Below are positions 9,153-23,423 of a DNA stretch of 64,000 bases, piece by piece. The DNA comes from Hormiphora californensis. Its lineage: Eukaryota > Animalia > Ctenophora. The position numbers were made by a program, and so were the translations under genes. The stretch is from positions 5,580,001 to 5,644,000 of the forward strand of contig CM035359.1 in assembly GCA_020137815.1 (NCBI GenBank), written 5' to 3'. The notes beneath the pieces are model-generated. The model searched no databases. It saw only the letters and a program-made list of their open reading frames with translations, and was not told the DNA's origin. The stretch's first letter is position 1. The number at the start of each line of letters is the position of its first letter.

Positions 9153-12100
9153 TCATCTCGTTATCAATAGGACTGAGAGGAGAAGTATTAGGTGGTTGAG
9201 AGATCTGGAGATACTGGAATTCTCCACACTAGGACAATCCATGGCTGGGCTGAAAGAACCATCAATTCCACACGTCACTGATCGAGGCTGCACCTGGACG
9301 GGTTGTATATTAGGTTAAGCTAATTATAAATTGCCAAATTGTAACAAAGCTTTGTAAAGTAGGACGTACCGGCATAACATCTTGAAATGGAAATTAGGAT
9401 TTAGGAGCTATACAGTTATGTATTGGCTTTGTGTACATTTTGTATTTCAGTTACTAACCTCACTGCTAGGCCATCGACAGTAGACCTCCACCACCTCCCC
9501 TACTTGGTATTCAGCTCCAGTACTCTCCCAGCCTCGCACCCTAACATCACCTGTAAATGTAATGAGTAATTAGCAATTCAATTAGTACTGCAGCTAGTAC
9601 ATAATATGTAATCAAACACGATCGAATTAGTACAGTTTCAGACTGTGAAATAATTGTCTCGATCAATCAGCCTTTGTGATCACAGTCAATTTTTTTAGTT
9701 TTAGTTCTAACATAACTATTGATTAGTTAGTTACTTAGTTAAGTTTATTAATACCTTCAAAGAATTCATCGATAGAGGGGCATGTTTTCTGATACTTTTT
9801 ACACACTGCAGGTCTTGTCTCCTCTTTTGTAACATCTGTCCATTGTCCGGTTGAATTCAGAATTACTGCGTATTCCTGCCTGCCGTACTTGTTGTCGGGC
9901 TTTCCTAGGAAAGGGGGGTGTAGGTGTAAATTATAATAATAGATGGGTGGGCTTCATTAATTAATAAGTGGATCCGTAGATGAACACCAGGGGTTTAAAA
10001 TAGTTTCATTGCTATAGGCCGGGTTAGTGCTTATCTGGGCTGAACAAGTCACAACAACAAGCTATAGCACAAACCTAGTTCCCAATTGCTGTAAGAAGTT
10101 GAAATATCACCAGGCTGAGTCCAAATCCAGAAGCCAATGGGATCAGGGTTCTCCCTCGTAAGACCAATCCACGAACTCTCCATCTGTAGCGGGAACAAAG
10201 TGTAATTATGCGTGAGTTAGAATGTTTGTTTTTGATTGGCAGCGGGTATAATATATCCCCGCTTGGTAATGAAATTACCCCCCAATTACCCCTCCGCGCT
10301 ATAATAGCTCAATATATATGCAATAATAGGGGCGACTTCGTAACCTATATCCCCGCCTCCAAAACTCGACCAACGTCCAACGTCTAAAATATCAGTTTTA
10401 CTACCTTGTAAGAGCGGAGAAGGCTGAGAACAGCATTGTTCTCCTGTTCATCCATCACACTGACTAGATGACCATTGAACTGAGAGGCACACACCTCCTC
10501 TGCCTCATCAACCTGGAGAGAGAGAGGGAGATTGTGATACTAGATAGTGAGAAGAGAGATGGAGAGAGAGTGAGTGATCGATAAATTCCTAGTGTTAGGG
10601 CGATTATGTAATTAGAAACTAATTAACTAATTAATTAATACCTTTAACGGTTCCCTAATGACAGAATATACAGGTTTCTTCTCGCTAGTACTGTAACTAG
10701 CACTGTCTTCCTCTAGTACAACGTAGGACGTCACGGTTTCCAGTTTAGCTGTGTTATACACAATACACTGATACACACCTGGGGTGGGTTAGAAATGTTA
10801 ACTAAATGGAACCGACCGAAACAAGTAAACAACCAATCAGAACTCGTTATTTAGGTCACGTGACTGGTTATCAGCCAATCAGGGACCAGTATTTCCTGAT
10901 TCGGTCGGTTCCTGCTAAATGTATAACGAGTACATAAATTGGCGAAGTTTGTTGGTTAAAGGTAAAAATTATCAATTGCTAATTCACTCACCCAAATCTT
11001 CCTCATTTGGAGTTTCGCTAATTATATTTCGGTAGAAAACTTCAACTCCATCCAATTCCTTGATACCCTCCTCTATGTGAGATCTTCCTGTTTTGGAAAC
11101 AATCAATTGACAAATTAAAAACAACGGAAGTTTTTAAGGTCTATACACATGTTTCATGGTGCCCCACGAGGAGGCACCAATCATCAGTAGACCACAATCA
11201 ATTGATTAAAAAGCGAACAAGCATTAAGCAAAAATATATTCTAAGATTTAATGGGTTATTAATAATGACTATCACTGATAGTATTAGCTGCACTAAGGAG
11301 GGTTCGAAAAAAACAAACTTACTGTTAGACTCAAGAGAATCACCATCCTTCAGCCACATAATCTGGTTCATTTGAGCATTTTTAATATAGCACTCCAGAG
11401 TAAACGGGGTATACTGAAAATGGTATATGAGATTGTCAGCAGAGGGGTTATTTTCATACTTTATAGTAACTTCACAGTGCAGTAACTTCATAGAACTTCC
11501 CAGTATGTATAACTCACCAAATTAGGCTTTAGCACGTGGATAGGGGACGGGCCCTGAACAATTTCAATGTTTGTATCCTCCACTGTGGCCAGTTGGATAG
11601 AGAACTGAGCGCTATCCCATATCTTTTCTCCATTTATAGTGTTTTGGATCATGCATTTGTATTTACATGCCTCCTTAATGTTCCCTACCACAAGACGTCT
11701 GTTGTAATTCTGAGAAAACAGGAATTATTTTAGGATTTATTAAATTCTCTGTAGTGCGCTGGGTGGAGCTGAGTGTGGGGTACAGGTAATGAATAATCAT
11801 GTTTTATGGAATGAATGATAATGTTCATTCCTATAAAAAAATGAACTTTGAGCTACAAGTCTGAATTTTTGCGGAACCTATTTATTTGTCCCATAGAACA
11901 GCTGTGTGAAATTTTAGAGCTCTACGATATCTGGAACTATGCTAGTCTAGGGGGGACTTTTTTTTGCCCAACACGTTAGTTAAGTTTACCGTCTACATAT
12001 GGCCATCTCTATTATAATTTGGAGATGAACGTCGTGATGGTCGTTCGTTAGGCGGTATCTAAGCGACAGGCTGCTCCTTCATAAAACACTTCATATGACG

Positions 12101-14630
12101 AAAGCTGTAAAGCTGTTATATTCACACTTTCTGAAGTTGGGGGGGGGCCTGCCGCAAGAATCTCATGCCTCATTGGCGATTTTCAGGGTAGCTGGGATTT
12201 TTGAGATTTTCGATTTTTGGCTGAAAAACCTGGGATTTTTGAGATTTTTGAGGCAAATTTGCGATTTTCGGGGAAAAAAACCGCAAATTTTTCTCAAAAA
12301 TCTCATTGAAAGGAAAAATGTCCATTTGAAAATTTGGAATAGAAACAATCCTTGTGTTTTTTTGCCAAAAATCGAAATTCTGAATATAAATTTTCCTTGT
12401 GTTTTAGTACAAAAGTTAATGTAAAGGTAAAACATGAAATTTACCTATTTAAATTACTACGAAAACCAAAGAAAACGAATTTTCTGTGTTACGAACGTTT
12501 CATGGTTTCATGGTTTATCCATGAAACGTTCGTAACACAGAAAATTCGTTTTCTTTGGTTTTCGTGTTAATAGCTCTCTGTAAAGATTGAGCACTGTATA
12601 GCCATCAAGCTAATTTTGAATAATATTTAAATTACTAGATTGATATTATGATTCGGTTTTAAGCTAAAAAATATGTCGAAAGACTGAGTATTGGCAGCAA
12701 AAATTGTGCCAATTTACAACAAAAATCTCAAAAATCTCAAACGTAATTGAGCAAATTTTCCCAAAAATCTCAAAAATCTCATCGGCCGAAAATAGGGTAG
12801 CTGAGATTTTTGCGGCAGGCCCCCCCCCCCCCCCCGAAGTTCCAGTGGAAGATTCTTAATATTCCGAATGACTTTTAACAGGCCAGTCCCCATAGTTACC
12901 AATTCAGTTGCCATGGCAACCGTGATATTGACGTTGAAAGGGCGAAAAGAACCACCCGGCGAAGCCGGGTGGGTAATCAAAAAGCCCTTACTTGAGGCGC
13001 TAGTTATAATATATGAAACAAAGATATGACCATATATGGCTTGGAGTGCGGTGGAGCGGGTAATAAGTGGGGGTATGATGTTAGTACCTCAAGCTGGTTG
13101 GTATCCGTTTTGGAGATCTCCGTCTCAGATTCATCGCTCTCTACTTTGTACCACTTTACAACCGGAACTGGGTTACCCCAACCACCGCATTCTAATCGGG
13201 CAGAATCCCCTGGTGCCGTCTGAGAGAAATGTTGTAAATCAAACATATATTGGTGTTGTTTGGTGTCACACAAACTTAAATGCCCATATATGGTCTATGG
13301 AAGAATTCCCATATAAGGATGTAATACCGTTATTTTTGTTGATCCGATGGGAAAGAGGAAAGTTGCGCCGGACAAGACCTCGTTAGAACCAGATTTTATA
13401 GAGATGGTGTATCGGTTTAAAACATAGTCCTCCCCGTTTAGAGTCTCGGTACTGCACTCATACACGCCACCTGTGGGAACAGAAATGTTGGTTATTATAC
13501 TCTCGGAGCTGCCAGACGGTCTGAACGCGGAAGTGGAGTTTTCAGATTTTTAATCGGCACTAGTAGTCGAATGGTCGAACGTCAGGGATGGTCGAACGTC
13601 AGGGATATTAACAGTAATGAGCGAGAAAAAAAACTAATTAGCTAACCGTCAGTGTCCTTGATGTTCAGAATGATTAGAGAGCCCCTGGCACCGTTAAGGT
13701 AGTAGTTGGTCTCAGGGATGACAACATATCGTGGATCAGAAACCTCCAAACCATCTTTGAACCTGAAGGGGTGAGTATGATCAGTGGTAGAAATATACAG
13801 TAGGAACCCGATTTACCGGCATGTTCGGGGGAAATGATTTTGCCCGGTAAATCGGGGTTCTGAATTTTACGTTTTTCTCCCGGTAGAGCCTGATGGAAAA
13901 TCGAGAAAGAGACTTCATGCACTTACCAGGTAACGGATGATTCGGGGGAGCTATCTGGTACATTACAGGTCAGGGTCTCCTTCGCTGTATTCTCTTTAAA
14001 GTTCTGAGTAGCCTCGATTGTTGCACTGGGCTCCGTGAAGTAGTTTACCTGAAACAGAACCAATTGCCTTATTTGGGTGTTTCATACCATAAAGCCGAGC
14101 CTTATTTGGCAAAAACTGCAAAAACGAGCCATATTTGGTCATCGTACTACTAACCCTGACGTGTGCGACCCTGCTGTAGATCTTATAATCTCCACTCTGC
14201 ACCACACAAGTGATAGTAACCTTGTTGATCTCTATTGATTTCACTGTAATACAGGAAACTTGCCTCCTGCCCCTCTAAAGCTGTTAAATCCTGAGAAGAT
14301 GTCTGTAATAATAATTAGTAATTAATCAGTATAATTAGTAATTAATTTGTATATAATATCTGGGAATCTTAGTGTTAGCTTTATGGGGAAGAAATCTGGG
14401 ATATACCGATATAGACAGTGTCTATTAGTGTCTATCAGACACGCTGTATAAAACCTCTAGGATTGTTCTAAATCATACCGAGTCGATAATCTGATTGCCC
14501 ACGACAGCCTCGTTCATGTACCACCGATAAGTCAGGTCACTGTAGATGGGGGAAACAGAGCAATCCAGCCTCATTTGATCCCCTTCGTTCAATGTCGCAT
14601 CCTCTGGTTGACTGGTGAAATTAAACGTCC
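9153..14630 (-). CDS. Cell-surface protein: 4 Ig domains + C-type lectin + sushi-like module + probable GPI signal (signal-peptide exon not located; one apparent frameshift)
   Basis: About 15 GT-AG exons. Examples: FTSQPEDATLNEGDQMRLDCSV..YRWY (14630-14479); LTCNVPDSSPESSVTWFKDG; ARLECGGWGNPVPVVKWYK; FTLECY..MWLKDG; CTL pieces AEEVCASQFNGHLVSV, WIGL, YSNW..GKPDN, GQWTDV; last exon 9293-9153 ends LNHLILLLSVLLITR*. One extra base at about 14212 interrupts GYY-TC. Confidence 0.8.
10808..10914. mobile_element. About 105-bp intronic MITE-like repeat
   Basis: ggaaccgaccga ... tcggtcggttcc inverted ends; internal CCAAT x2 and CACGTG. Confidence 0.75.
12133..12842. mobile_element. Non-autonomous TIR element with central hairpin
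   Basis: G-run-cctgccgcaa.aatctca left end and its reverse complement at about 12803-12842; internal near-perfect hairpin 12459-12565. Confidence 0.7.
12860..13003 (+). mobile_element. Helitron-like 3' terminus
   Basis: GC hairpin ccacccggc-gaa-gccgggtgg (12952-12972) followed by CTAG|T at 13000-13004. Confidence 0.45.
13796..13880. mobile_element. Partial copy of the 3146/61350 MITE family
   Basis: tacagtaggaacccgatttaccgg ... ccggtaaatcgggg. Confidence 0.6.
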
Positions 14631-15521
14631 CTGCAGAAAAGAGTGGATTGTTGTTGGAGAGATAAGTACCTAGAGATACAATGTCGGGGGATGGTTACAA
14701 AATAACCCTTTTCGCGACCTTCACGCGCTGACAAGGGAGGGGTTACCCTCTCCCAGGGGGGGGGTATGGAAATATGTATAACCTGCATAAACGGAGACGG
14801 TCTGTACAAAAAGGAAAGCCAGGCATCGAATATTCATATTGCTGATACTGCTAGAAGGGGATTTAACTTGTTAGAAACTGAATTGTGTTGTTCAAACCTG
14901 CAGGGAAACAGGTTCGAGAAAGGGACAATTAAATAGGTTTCAGTAAAAAACGACCAGCTGGAAAATGATGAATGATCCAACATCAACACATAAACGTAGC
15001 TGCAAATAATATATGGGCAGTAATAATACCGGGTTGACATGTGGTGGAAAACATAAAATACAACTCTGAGTAGAGATGGCTCAACGCGTTGCAACGCCCT
15101 GTAAACCGAGGCGTGAGTAAACAGGTTTAGTTGCAAACGATCAGTGTGTGGGAGAAATTGAGACATCGAATCGAGAGTTAGGAAATGGGGCAAGCAAAGT
15201 TAACAACTAAACTATAAGTATGTTTAAACCATTTCTATCTAAGTAGTATCAGTGCACCCGAGGACTGCCCCAGCTGTAGTTTACGTTAGTTGGGGTATAC
15301 GTCACTGACCAGAGTGAATCAATAGAGCATCAAAGGGAGGGAGAGGGAGTTGTTGTAGTAAACGCGGAGTCATATTTCAGTATTTTTATTCGCGGCACGC
15401 TCGTTATCAGGTGGGGGTGTGAGTGTATGTAATGACACACGAACACTCCCGATTCTTGAAGTGAATCTGGAGAGAAAGAAGCTTGGTGTGAGCAGAACAT
15501 TTCATCAAACAGCTTCTCAGA

Positions 15522-15588
15522 ACATGTGTTTTTGTAGTTTGTTGTGTCAGAAGCTGCTTCTGACACAACAAACTACAAAAACACATGT
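15522..15588. repeat. Perfect palindrome, 33-bp arms, 1-nt centre
   Basis: acatgtgtttttgtagtttgttgtgtcagaagc-t-gcttctgacacaacaaactacaaaaacacatgt. Confidence 0.92.
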
Positions 15589-17338
15589 GTTTGTGGCAGG
15601 GGTGAACTAGAAAGTGGTACTTTCAACACTTTAATTAGTACCTGGGAAATCTAAATTACTAGAAAAAAAACAAGCATCGAACAATCTACAAAGCTGAAAA
15701 ACATGGCTCACTCTGCTGCACCGTCAAAAATATTGCAAGTTTGAAGTTTCTAGATAACCCTACAACTAAGTTCCAAGGGCATGATATAGAGTCTTTCTTC
15801 TTAGCTCTCTCTCTCCAAGTTATTAGGACCTTGGAGCGCTCAATACTCGGGTGGAGCACCCTGGTTCTAACCCCCATGTACTGCGAGCTGCTCTAATTGG
15901 TGCAAGTATGTCACGTGACTACAAATACTCGCCTCTCATTGGTGGAGACACATCACGTGACTACAATACTTGCATCTGATTGGCTGGATAATTTGGGAGT
16001 GCAAAAGAAAGACGAATGTTGTGTGCGTGTAACAAACAAGCTAAACTTCCAACAAGAGAGACTTCTCTCCACTAGTTAAAGTAACAATCTCACCTAAAGA
16101 AGGGTGACCCTGAAAATCTCTATGGAGATTGGAGAGTTCGTTTTCCTAGTTGGAGTAACGATCTTATCTAGTAGGTAAAAGGATCAAAACCTACTACTTG
16201 ATCAAAAGTTACTAGTAAAGTAGATCTCCATAGACAGAGGGAGAGAGAGGTATACTATTGAGAGGGAGGGAGAGAGACTATTATAGATAGGATCGAGAGC
16301 TGAAGCTCTAGATCGGGCAGTGTGCAAACTTCTTTCCAGACGAGACAAAAAGTGGATTGTATCCAGATCCTGCAATTGCAGTTTTTGTCTCGTCTGGAAA
16401 GGCGCTAGCCTACTCAATACACCAAACGTGTAATATGAGAAGAGAACTGATAACCCCTTCTCCTCCAAAGTCTACCAGCCATCTCCTCTATCTGCAATCT
16501 TCTCTCTCCCTCCCTCAGTATCAATATCAAGCTCTACAGTCTCTGTTGCGTGGTATTTTTCTTCCGTGAGGATTACTGCGTATCGATGGATAAATCAAGA
16601 CATGAGCGAGAACCAGGAACTCGAATGAATTGTTGGCACAAATGAGGAGAATATAATATTACGGTGAATAGAGATAGCGATGGAGTTGGAGAGAGAGAGA
16701 TATGAGATAGATAAAGAGAGATTTAAAAAAAGAAGTGAGAGAGATGAGAGAACGATCGGGTTTATAATCTCTGCTTCGGGCGACGACGCGGGACATTGTT
16801 TGACAAAATCAGATGAATTGGTTTTCAGGCCTGACAAATATCGGGAGAGAGAGAGAAAGGGAGGGAGATTTAGAGAGGCAGGGAGAATGAGAGAATAGGA
16901 GAGAGAGGCAGAGAATGAAAAAGAGAGAGAAAGTAGATAGACAGAGAGGCATCTGGTTGAGGAGCTCTAGTAAGATAGAACTAGAACAATTCATTACAAG
17001 CAAAGGTAAATGACGAAGAGGGAGATGTAATGAGATGAGTTATCGTCATAGCTAATTGAAGAATACAAAACTACAAAACATTGAACAACAAAACATGATA
17101 CTGTGTCTTTGCTGTGGTCTGATCAGGAGACACGATCATCAGCGAAGAAGAGGATAGCCTTGTATTGAGTCTAGACATCGGGGGGGGGGGGGGGGGGTGA
17201 CCAGAACTGATGATGAGAAACAAGAATCACTGATTGGGTCGACATACACGGCAATCAAAACTAAACAAGGGTTGGGGACCTTAGCTTGCATACGAAAACT
17301 CTCTCCAACCTTGTCAACAAGAGTCCAATCTTGAGAAG

Positions 17339-17340
<2 letters not shown>

Positions 17341-17426
<86 letters not shown>

Positions 17427-17460
17427 GAGAGAGAGAGAGAGCTGAGAGAGAGAGAGAGAG
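17341..17460. repeat. (AG)n microsatellite
   Basis: AG run. Confidence 0.95.
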
Positions 17461-18030
17461 GAAGATAGGTAAACTCGTGTCGCATTTTCCATCATGCTTG
17501 TGCTGTACAGCTTACTCAAAACCAATCGCCTGGCTCCGAGCAATTAGAAAACTTTGATTAATATTTTAACAATCTCATTGTCCAGAGAGATGAGGGGAAA
17601 GACCATTGGACAGGGTTGGTGGAATGGGGACACCGCGGAGATCTCCAGCTGGGAATTGGGATCCCATGGGGAACACAGCCATAAAATGACCCAAAAATAG
17701 GCTGAAGAAACATGGAAATTGGGACAACAAAGGGGGCTGAAAATACTATCGCTCACAGCTGCCCAAAATAGAGACATGAGGTGGAAATTTGGCGGTTAAG
17801 GTGTGATATTGGGAGATTATCACAAGTGATACTAATTGGATTCAAAGGGATAGCGACTGTATTTCCTAAATATCTCTCTCCTTCTCTCCCTCTCTCTATA
17901 TCTCTCTCCTCTATCTCTCTCTCTCTCCCCCCTGATTTCACACAACTGTTTTTAATTAGCAAAACACTGTCAGACACAAACGATTTTTGCCCATTAACCG
18001 AGGAATGTCCGATACCAAGTAGACGCACTT

Positions 18031-18270
<240 letters not shown>

Positions 18271-20382
18271 ACTGAGCTAGCTGCTTTGGACCCAGACTGA
18301 TTTGGGAGGATTGGTTAGGCTCACAATTTAAACGAAGATTTGCTACTGTAATTTCAGGATCAACATACAACATACAAGATAAGACCCAACTGAAAAGTCG
18401 GATCTCTACCTACATGGCATTCATTATACGTAGGTATGCAGTATGTTCCATACAGTGCCCAAAACTGCTCTCGGGCTTCTACCCCAACTACTGATCCCGT
18501 CTCTAAAACACCACAACAGAACCATTAAATTTACTGTCCCTTTTGCATGTGGATCAGTCACAGAACGCTGACTATAATGGGCAATTGTCAATTGCCAATT
18601 GATCAAGTACTCTGGACCAGTAAGAGACTTGTGGGAAAAGGTTGAGTGAAAAACTACGGAAAGCTAAAGCCAGTTCAGAAGAAAGCTGTGTTTGTGAGTA
18701 TGACCTCTTGCTGTGTTGACAAACCAATTATAGGGAGAGAGTGAGGGAGAGATAGAAGGAGGGAGATAGAGGGAGAGATCAGGGAGGGAGAGAGAGAGAC
18801 TAGAGAAATAAATAGACTCCGACTCCCGACTCACCCCATATCATATCAACACCTTATAAAAATGGTCAACCAGTCTACTTCACCCCCATCATGGTAGTAC
18901 AGGCAGGTACGAGAGAAATGCTGCACACACTCGGGAAAAAAACACTCCCTTTCTAGGAGAGAAACAAGGGGAGAAACTTTATATCGGAGCGAATCTTAAA
19001 GAACAGCTTGTGGGTAATCAGTAATGGGTATGTGTGAACTTTGAAAGATGTTCACAAATGTTCCTAAAATTGAGATGTTCCTAATTTTGAAATGTTCTTA
19101 AAATTGAGTTTTCAGTGGGCTACAGTTTAGAAATTCTTACAACATATATCATGTTTATGCATGAGCGATTTGTAGCGGTAAAATAATTTGCCTATAAAAC
19201 TAATGAGCATCCATCCCCCATACTCAACAAGCAGATTTAGTGGATCTGATACTACTTAGACTTGCTGCGACTACAACTACTAAACCATGTTTAGGGGTCG
19301 TTTATATACCCCATTTCTTTCCAAGAAATGGTAGCGGATGCCGGATAACTTGATGCCGGATATAACTTGATAACTCTAGAACATGATCAACCGAGGAAAC
19401 GGAGGAAGAAATTTAAATTGGATTTGTGATATTATATTTCTCTCGTAATCATATATCTCTCTCCTTATAAATCAGTTAAAATTCTCTTCCTCTTGAAATC
19501 TCGGCGGAGTGCCTGACAAATTCAACAGTCGCTTGTCAAATATCTATCCTGACACTCAAATATTCCTCAAACCTGACGTCAACTCTTTCACTCGGTGAAT
19601 GAAATTGAAAACAAGATAACAAACACGGATTAGCCAATATTAGCAATTAAAAACATTAGTGAGACAAATAAAGTATGCTATGGTCATTCAATATTGAAAC
19701 TAAAAGCTTTTTTAAATTATTTTTTGCCTACTACGTGTGCAATGCCAGGTTTTCACCATTGCTGGATTGCGGCAATGGGCAATTACACAGAGCCACAGTT
19801 TCATAAACAACGAACATTAAATAGGATAAGAACTAAAATAAAGGAGGCCACTGTATAAGATGACACATAAAATGTCACACAAAATATGTCATCACATTAT
19901 CGCTGCTGGGAGAATCTTGTGTTCTATGTGTGTGTGTGTTGTTCTATGTTTGGGAACCCAAATATATTTGCACCCGCAGGACTTCCAATACAAAATACAA
20001 TACAATCGTCAAACAAAGTAACTACAGACGTCGCGGGGGAAAACGGTTTACCAAAGCCATGTTGACTGATTTCCATCACGATGGTATAGTATAATGGTGG
20101 GCCTTTAGTGGCAGTGATATCATGTTCTGAAGTCGTGCGTCATAGCTCTGATAAGGTCCACTCGATGACAGAGTTTATATTTCAGGGTCATGTAATGAAC
20201 ACGCCCTGAACACACCCGGAGTAGGCCCCCTGAGGCAGTTGAATTAAGAATAACAAAGGAACAACAAATGTAGTGTGTCGCACATGATGATTCAGACGAA
20301 TGAGGTTTGTATAGACAGTGTTGGATGACAAAAAGGGGAACTCTAATAACTGTCATCTGTCTAGAACGAACATAGTTTGGAG

Positions 20383-20546
<164 letters not shown>

Positions 20547-23150
20547 ATGACGTTGCTATATCGTCTGGGGGATATCAGATATCATGGCTAGTGACTAACT
20601 GCAGCAGTAGACACACACTACACAGCAACTACGATGATCTTGCCAGACTGAAATTAGGAACAACAAATAGATCATAGCCGGGGATGGAGCCTGGAGAGTG
20701 GAGAGACGGCCGGTGTGTAAAGGCCGGTGTCAGGTGTGTTAAATCTTTACAGAGATCTGTGTTTGAAATTTCACTGATGTCGATCATAGTGATGGCTGAT
20801 ATCATCCTGGCTGAGAGGGATCAGCAGGGAGAGGAATGACTGTCTACAATGAAGTCAACAGACCATGACACCCTGAAATGTTCGTGAAATGGGCCACCTG
20901 CAAAGTAGGAGCCGGGATCAGAAAGTATCTGTAAAATATGATTATAAGGTCATTGCAGCAAGGAATCAATCATAGGACCTATCATGACATGTGACATAAC
21001 TGTCTAGAGACACTCCTGCCTATCAAGATAAGCTCGGATTGATCATCACTAGAAGCTGCTCCTCAAATCTCTTGACAAGCTGTTTTCCAGCCAAGAAAAA
21101 AAATAGTATGACCACTTCAATACCATAAACAAGGCGAGTAAATCAAGAGTTTGTCTGGTTGCCAACTACTATGTTTCACCATGTTATCTCATATCTCTAG
21201 GTACAGTAGTTAGACGAGCCAAACAACTAACATGAGATATATGGTCAAAGTACGTCAAGCAGTGCAGCAGTAGTGTGTACAGTATTGCGTACACGCACTC
21301 AGGCTAACAAGGGTAGCAAGCCTCTCTTTCTATCTCTTTCTCTGTATCTCTCTTTCTCTCACTCTCTTTCTTTCTCTCTCTTTCTCCATCTAGCTTAGAG
21401 AGACCCTCTCTCCATCTCTCAAATGAGCCTGATCATTATACCGTCTCTACACGGGTGTAGTTTATGAGAGAGAGACAGGGAGAGAGAAAAAAGGAGACGA
21501 GAAAAAGAGAAGAAGCAAAACATGGTATCTAGACCAACTACGCGAACAAAGGGGGTCATTGATGGACTTTGATAAAGGCATCCCAAACACAAACTCCTAA
21601 AACAAGAGAAGAAAAGAGGAAGGGAGAAATGATCTAAATCAAGAAGATATCTGTATCGGATATCGGGAGATATATTATCTGGACAAGTAGAAACACGTTT
21701 GGCAGTTAATAAAAGTTGGCTAAATCAGCTAAACGGTAAACGGTAAACACGGATATCACAAAAACCAACTAAAAAAACCCGCCTTTCAGATCTTTTCCCC
21801 TCTCCCTCTTTGTGAGTCAGGGGGTTTTGGGGGTCGTTTCAAATAGCGAGTGGAGAGGATGTGTGTGATCACACGGAGACGTCGAATCTTCTCCGGTCGT
21901 GTTGTGTCACCCGTTTATTTGACATATCACAAACTTCTAATTTTCCCCCTCCCTTCTCTCTCCTCTCTCTGTCTCTCCTCTCTCTCTCCTCTCCCTCTCT
22001 CCCCTTTTCCCTCCCCCTTTCTCCCCCTCTCTCTTTTTCCCCCCCTTCTCTTCCCTCTCCCTTCCCCTTTTTTTTCTCCTTCTCTCCTCTCCTCTGGCTC
22101 CTCTCTTTTCTCTTGCCTCTTTTCCTCTCTCTCTTTTCTCTCTCTTCCCTCTCTCTTCTCTCTCCCTCTCCCCGTCTAGTGTTCCAACTGATTTCCGGGG
22201 AATTGACCACCCTAATTAGGCGGAGGGGTTTTTTTAAAACCCACCGAAGTTTGAACAAAACTCAAAAAAAGAGAATCAAAAATAGAAGGTTGGAAAGGGG
22301 GAGGGGGAAATTTTATAAAATTATTGGCAGGGGCAATTATGGGAAAATTTGGGACCCAGCACTTTTTTAATTTTCCAGTTTTTTAAAATTTCCCCAAAAA
22401 AAAAGATATCCTTTCCCTTTATCTCTCCCTCTATCTCTCATTAATTCGCATGACAAAAGAAGCTAGTGTATCCCACATGGACTACTAACGTGATGTGATC
22501 TAGATAATGTACGAAGAGTATTATTCTGATTAAATCTTGTTATAGTAGGGCCAGCTGCAGTTGATTCGTTAACCCCACACCCCCCACCCCCCCCCCACCG
22601 GATATCCACCCTTATCAAGACACCCAAACCCCCCCCCCCCCCGGATATCCACCCTTATCAAGACCCCACCGGACACCAGGCATAGCTGATAGTGACAGTA
22701 CTGACAAAATACACAATGATGAATGATCAAAAGGGTTCGAAAAAGGTGGAAACCCTTAACTTTCTGCAAGCAACGCAAGCAGTCAAAGTGATCTCACGAC
22801 TCAAAATTCCGCATTATATCAGAGTGAACTTTATAAGCTGACGTCAGATAATTTTTACACCCCTCTATCATTGCACAGCATATAATATTCGGCCGCTACT
22901 GAACCCTTTGGAGATAAAATAGAATATATGCCACTAAGATCCCCTCCAGCACCTCCCAGTTACTTCATACCCGAAATAATGCTGCCCTGTGATTGGCTGA
23001 TGTGTTTTAAGAACTGTACTCTGATTGGTAGATAGCTGGGAAGGAGCGCTCCTATTGGTCAATGTTACAAAACAGCAGCTGACTAACTGAGCGATAGTTT
23101 TACGTACGATGGTTACAGCTCAGCAAGGTTACATGGTTGTATATGGGACT

Positions 23151-23188
<38 letters not shown>

Positions 23189-23423
23189 ACAATAGAGAGG
23201 AGAAGAAGAGAGAGAGACTCTCCGACTCCTTCGTCCTTCGCTCTCCCGCTCGAGGCTTTCTCCTTCTCTCTTCTCCCCGCTCTTTTCTTCTCTCTCTCTC
23301 TCTCTCCCCGCCCCCCTCGGCGCATTGCTCTCTCGCCGCCTCATCTCCCTCTCGCCCCAGCTCTTTTCCGCTCTCGCTCCCCTCCCTTTTGGTTTCCTCT
23401 CCCTATGGGTCGCTCTCCTATAC

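Noticed and set aside
15310-15373. Candidate first exon for the Ig-lectin gene (MTPRLLQQLPLPPFDALLIHSG, phase 1)
   Set aside because: The phase fits, but it is not a convincing signal peptide and the donor is weak.
15618-15640. Short resemblance to my recollection of a ctenophore spliced-leader 5' end
   Set aside because: Only about 11 nt, with no matching 3' end, donor or Sm site; cannot support an SL RNA gene.
21850-23400. Leu/Ser/Pro- or Arg/Glu-rich ORFs
   Set aside because: Degenerate CT/AG microsatellites and low-quality sequence.
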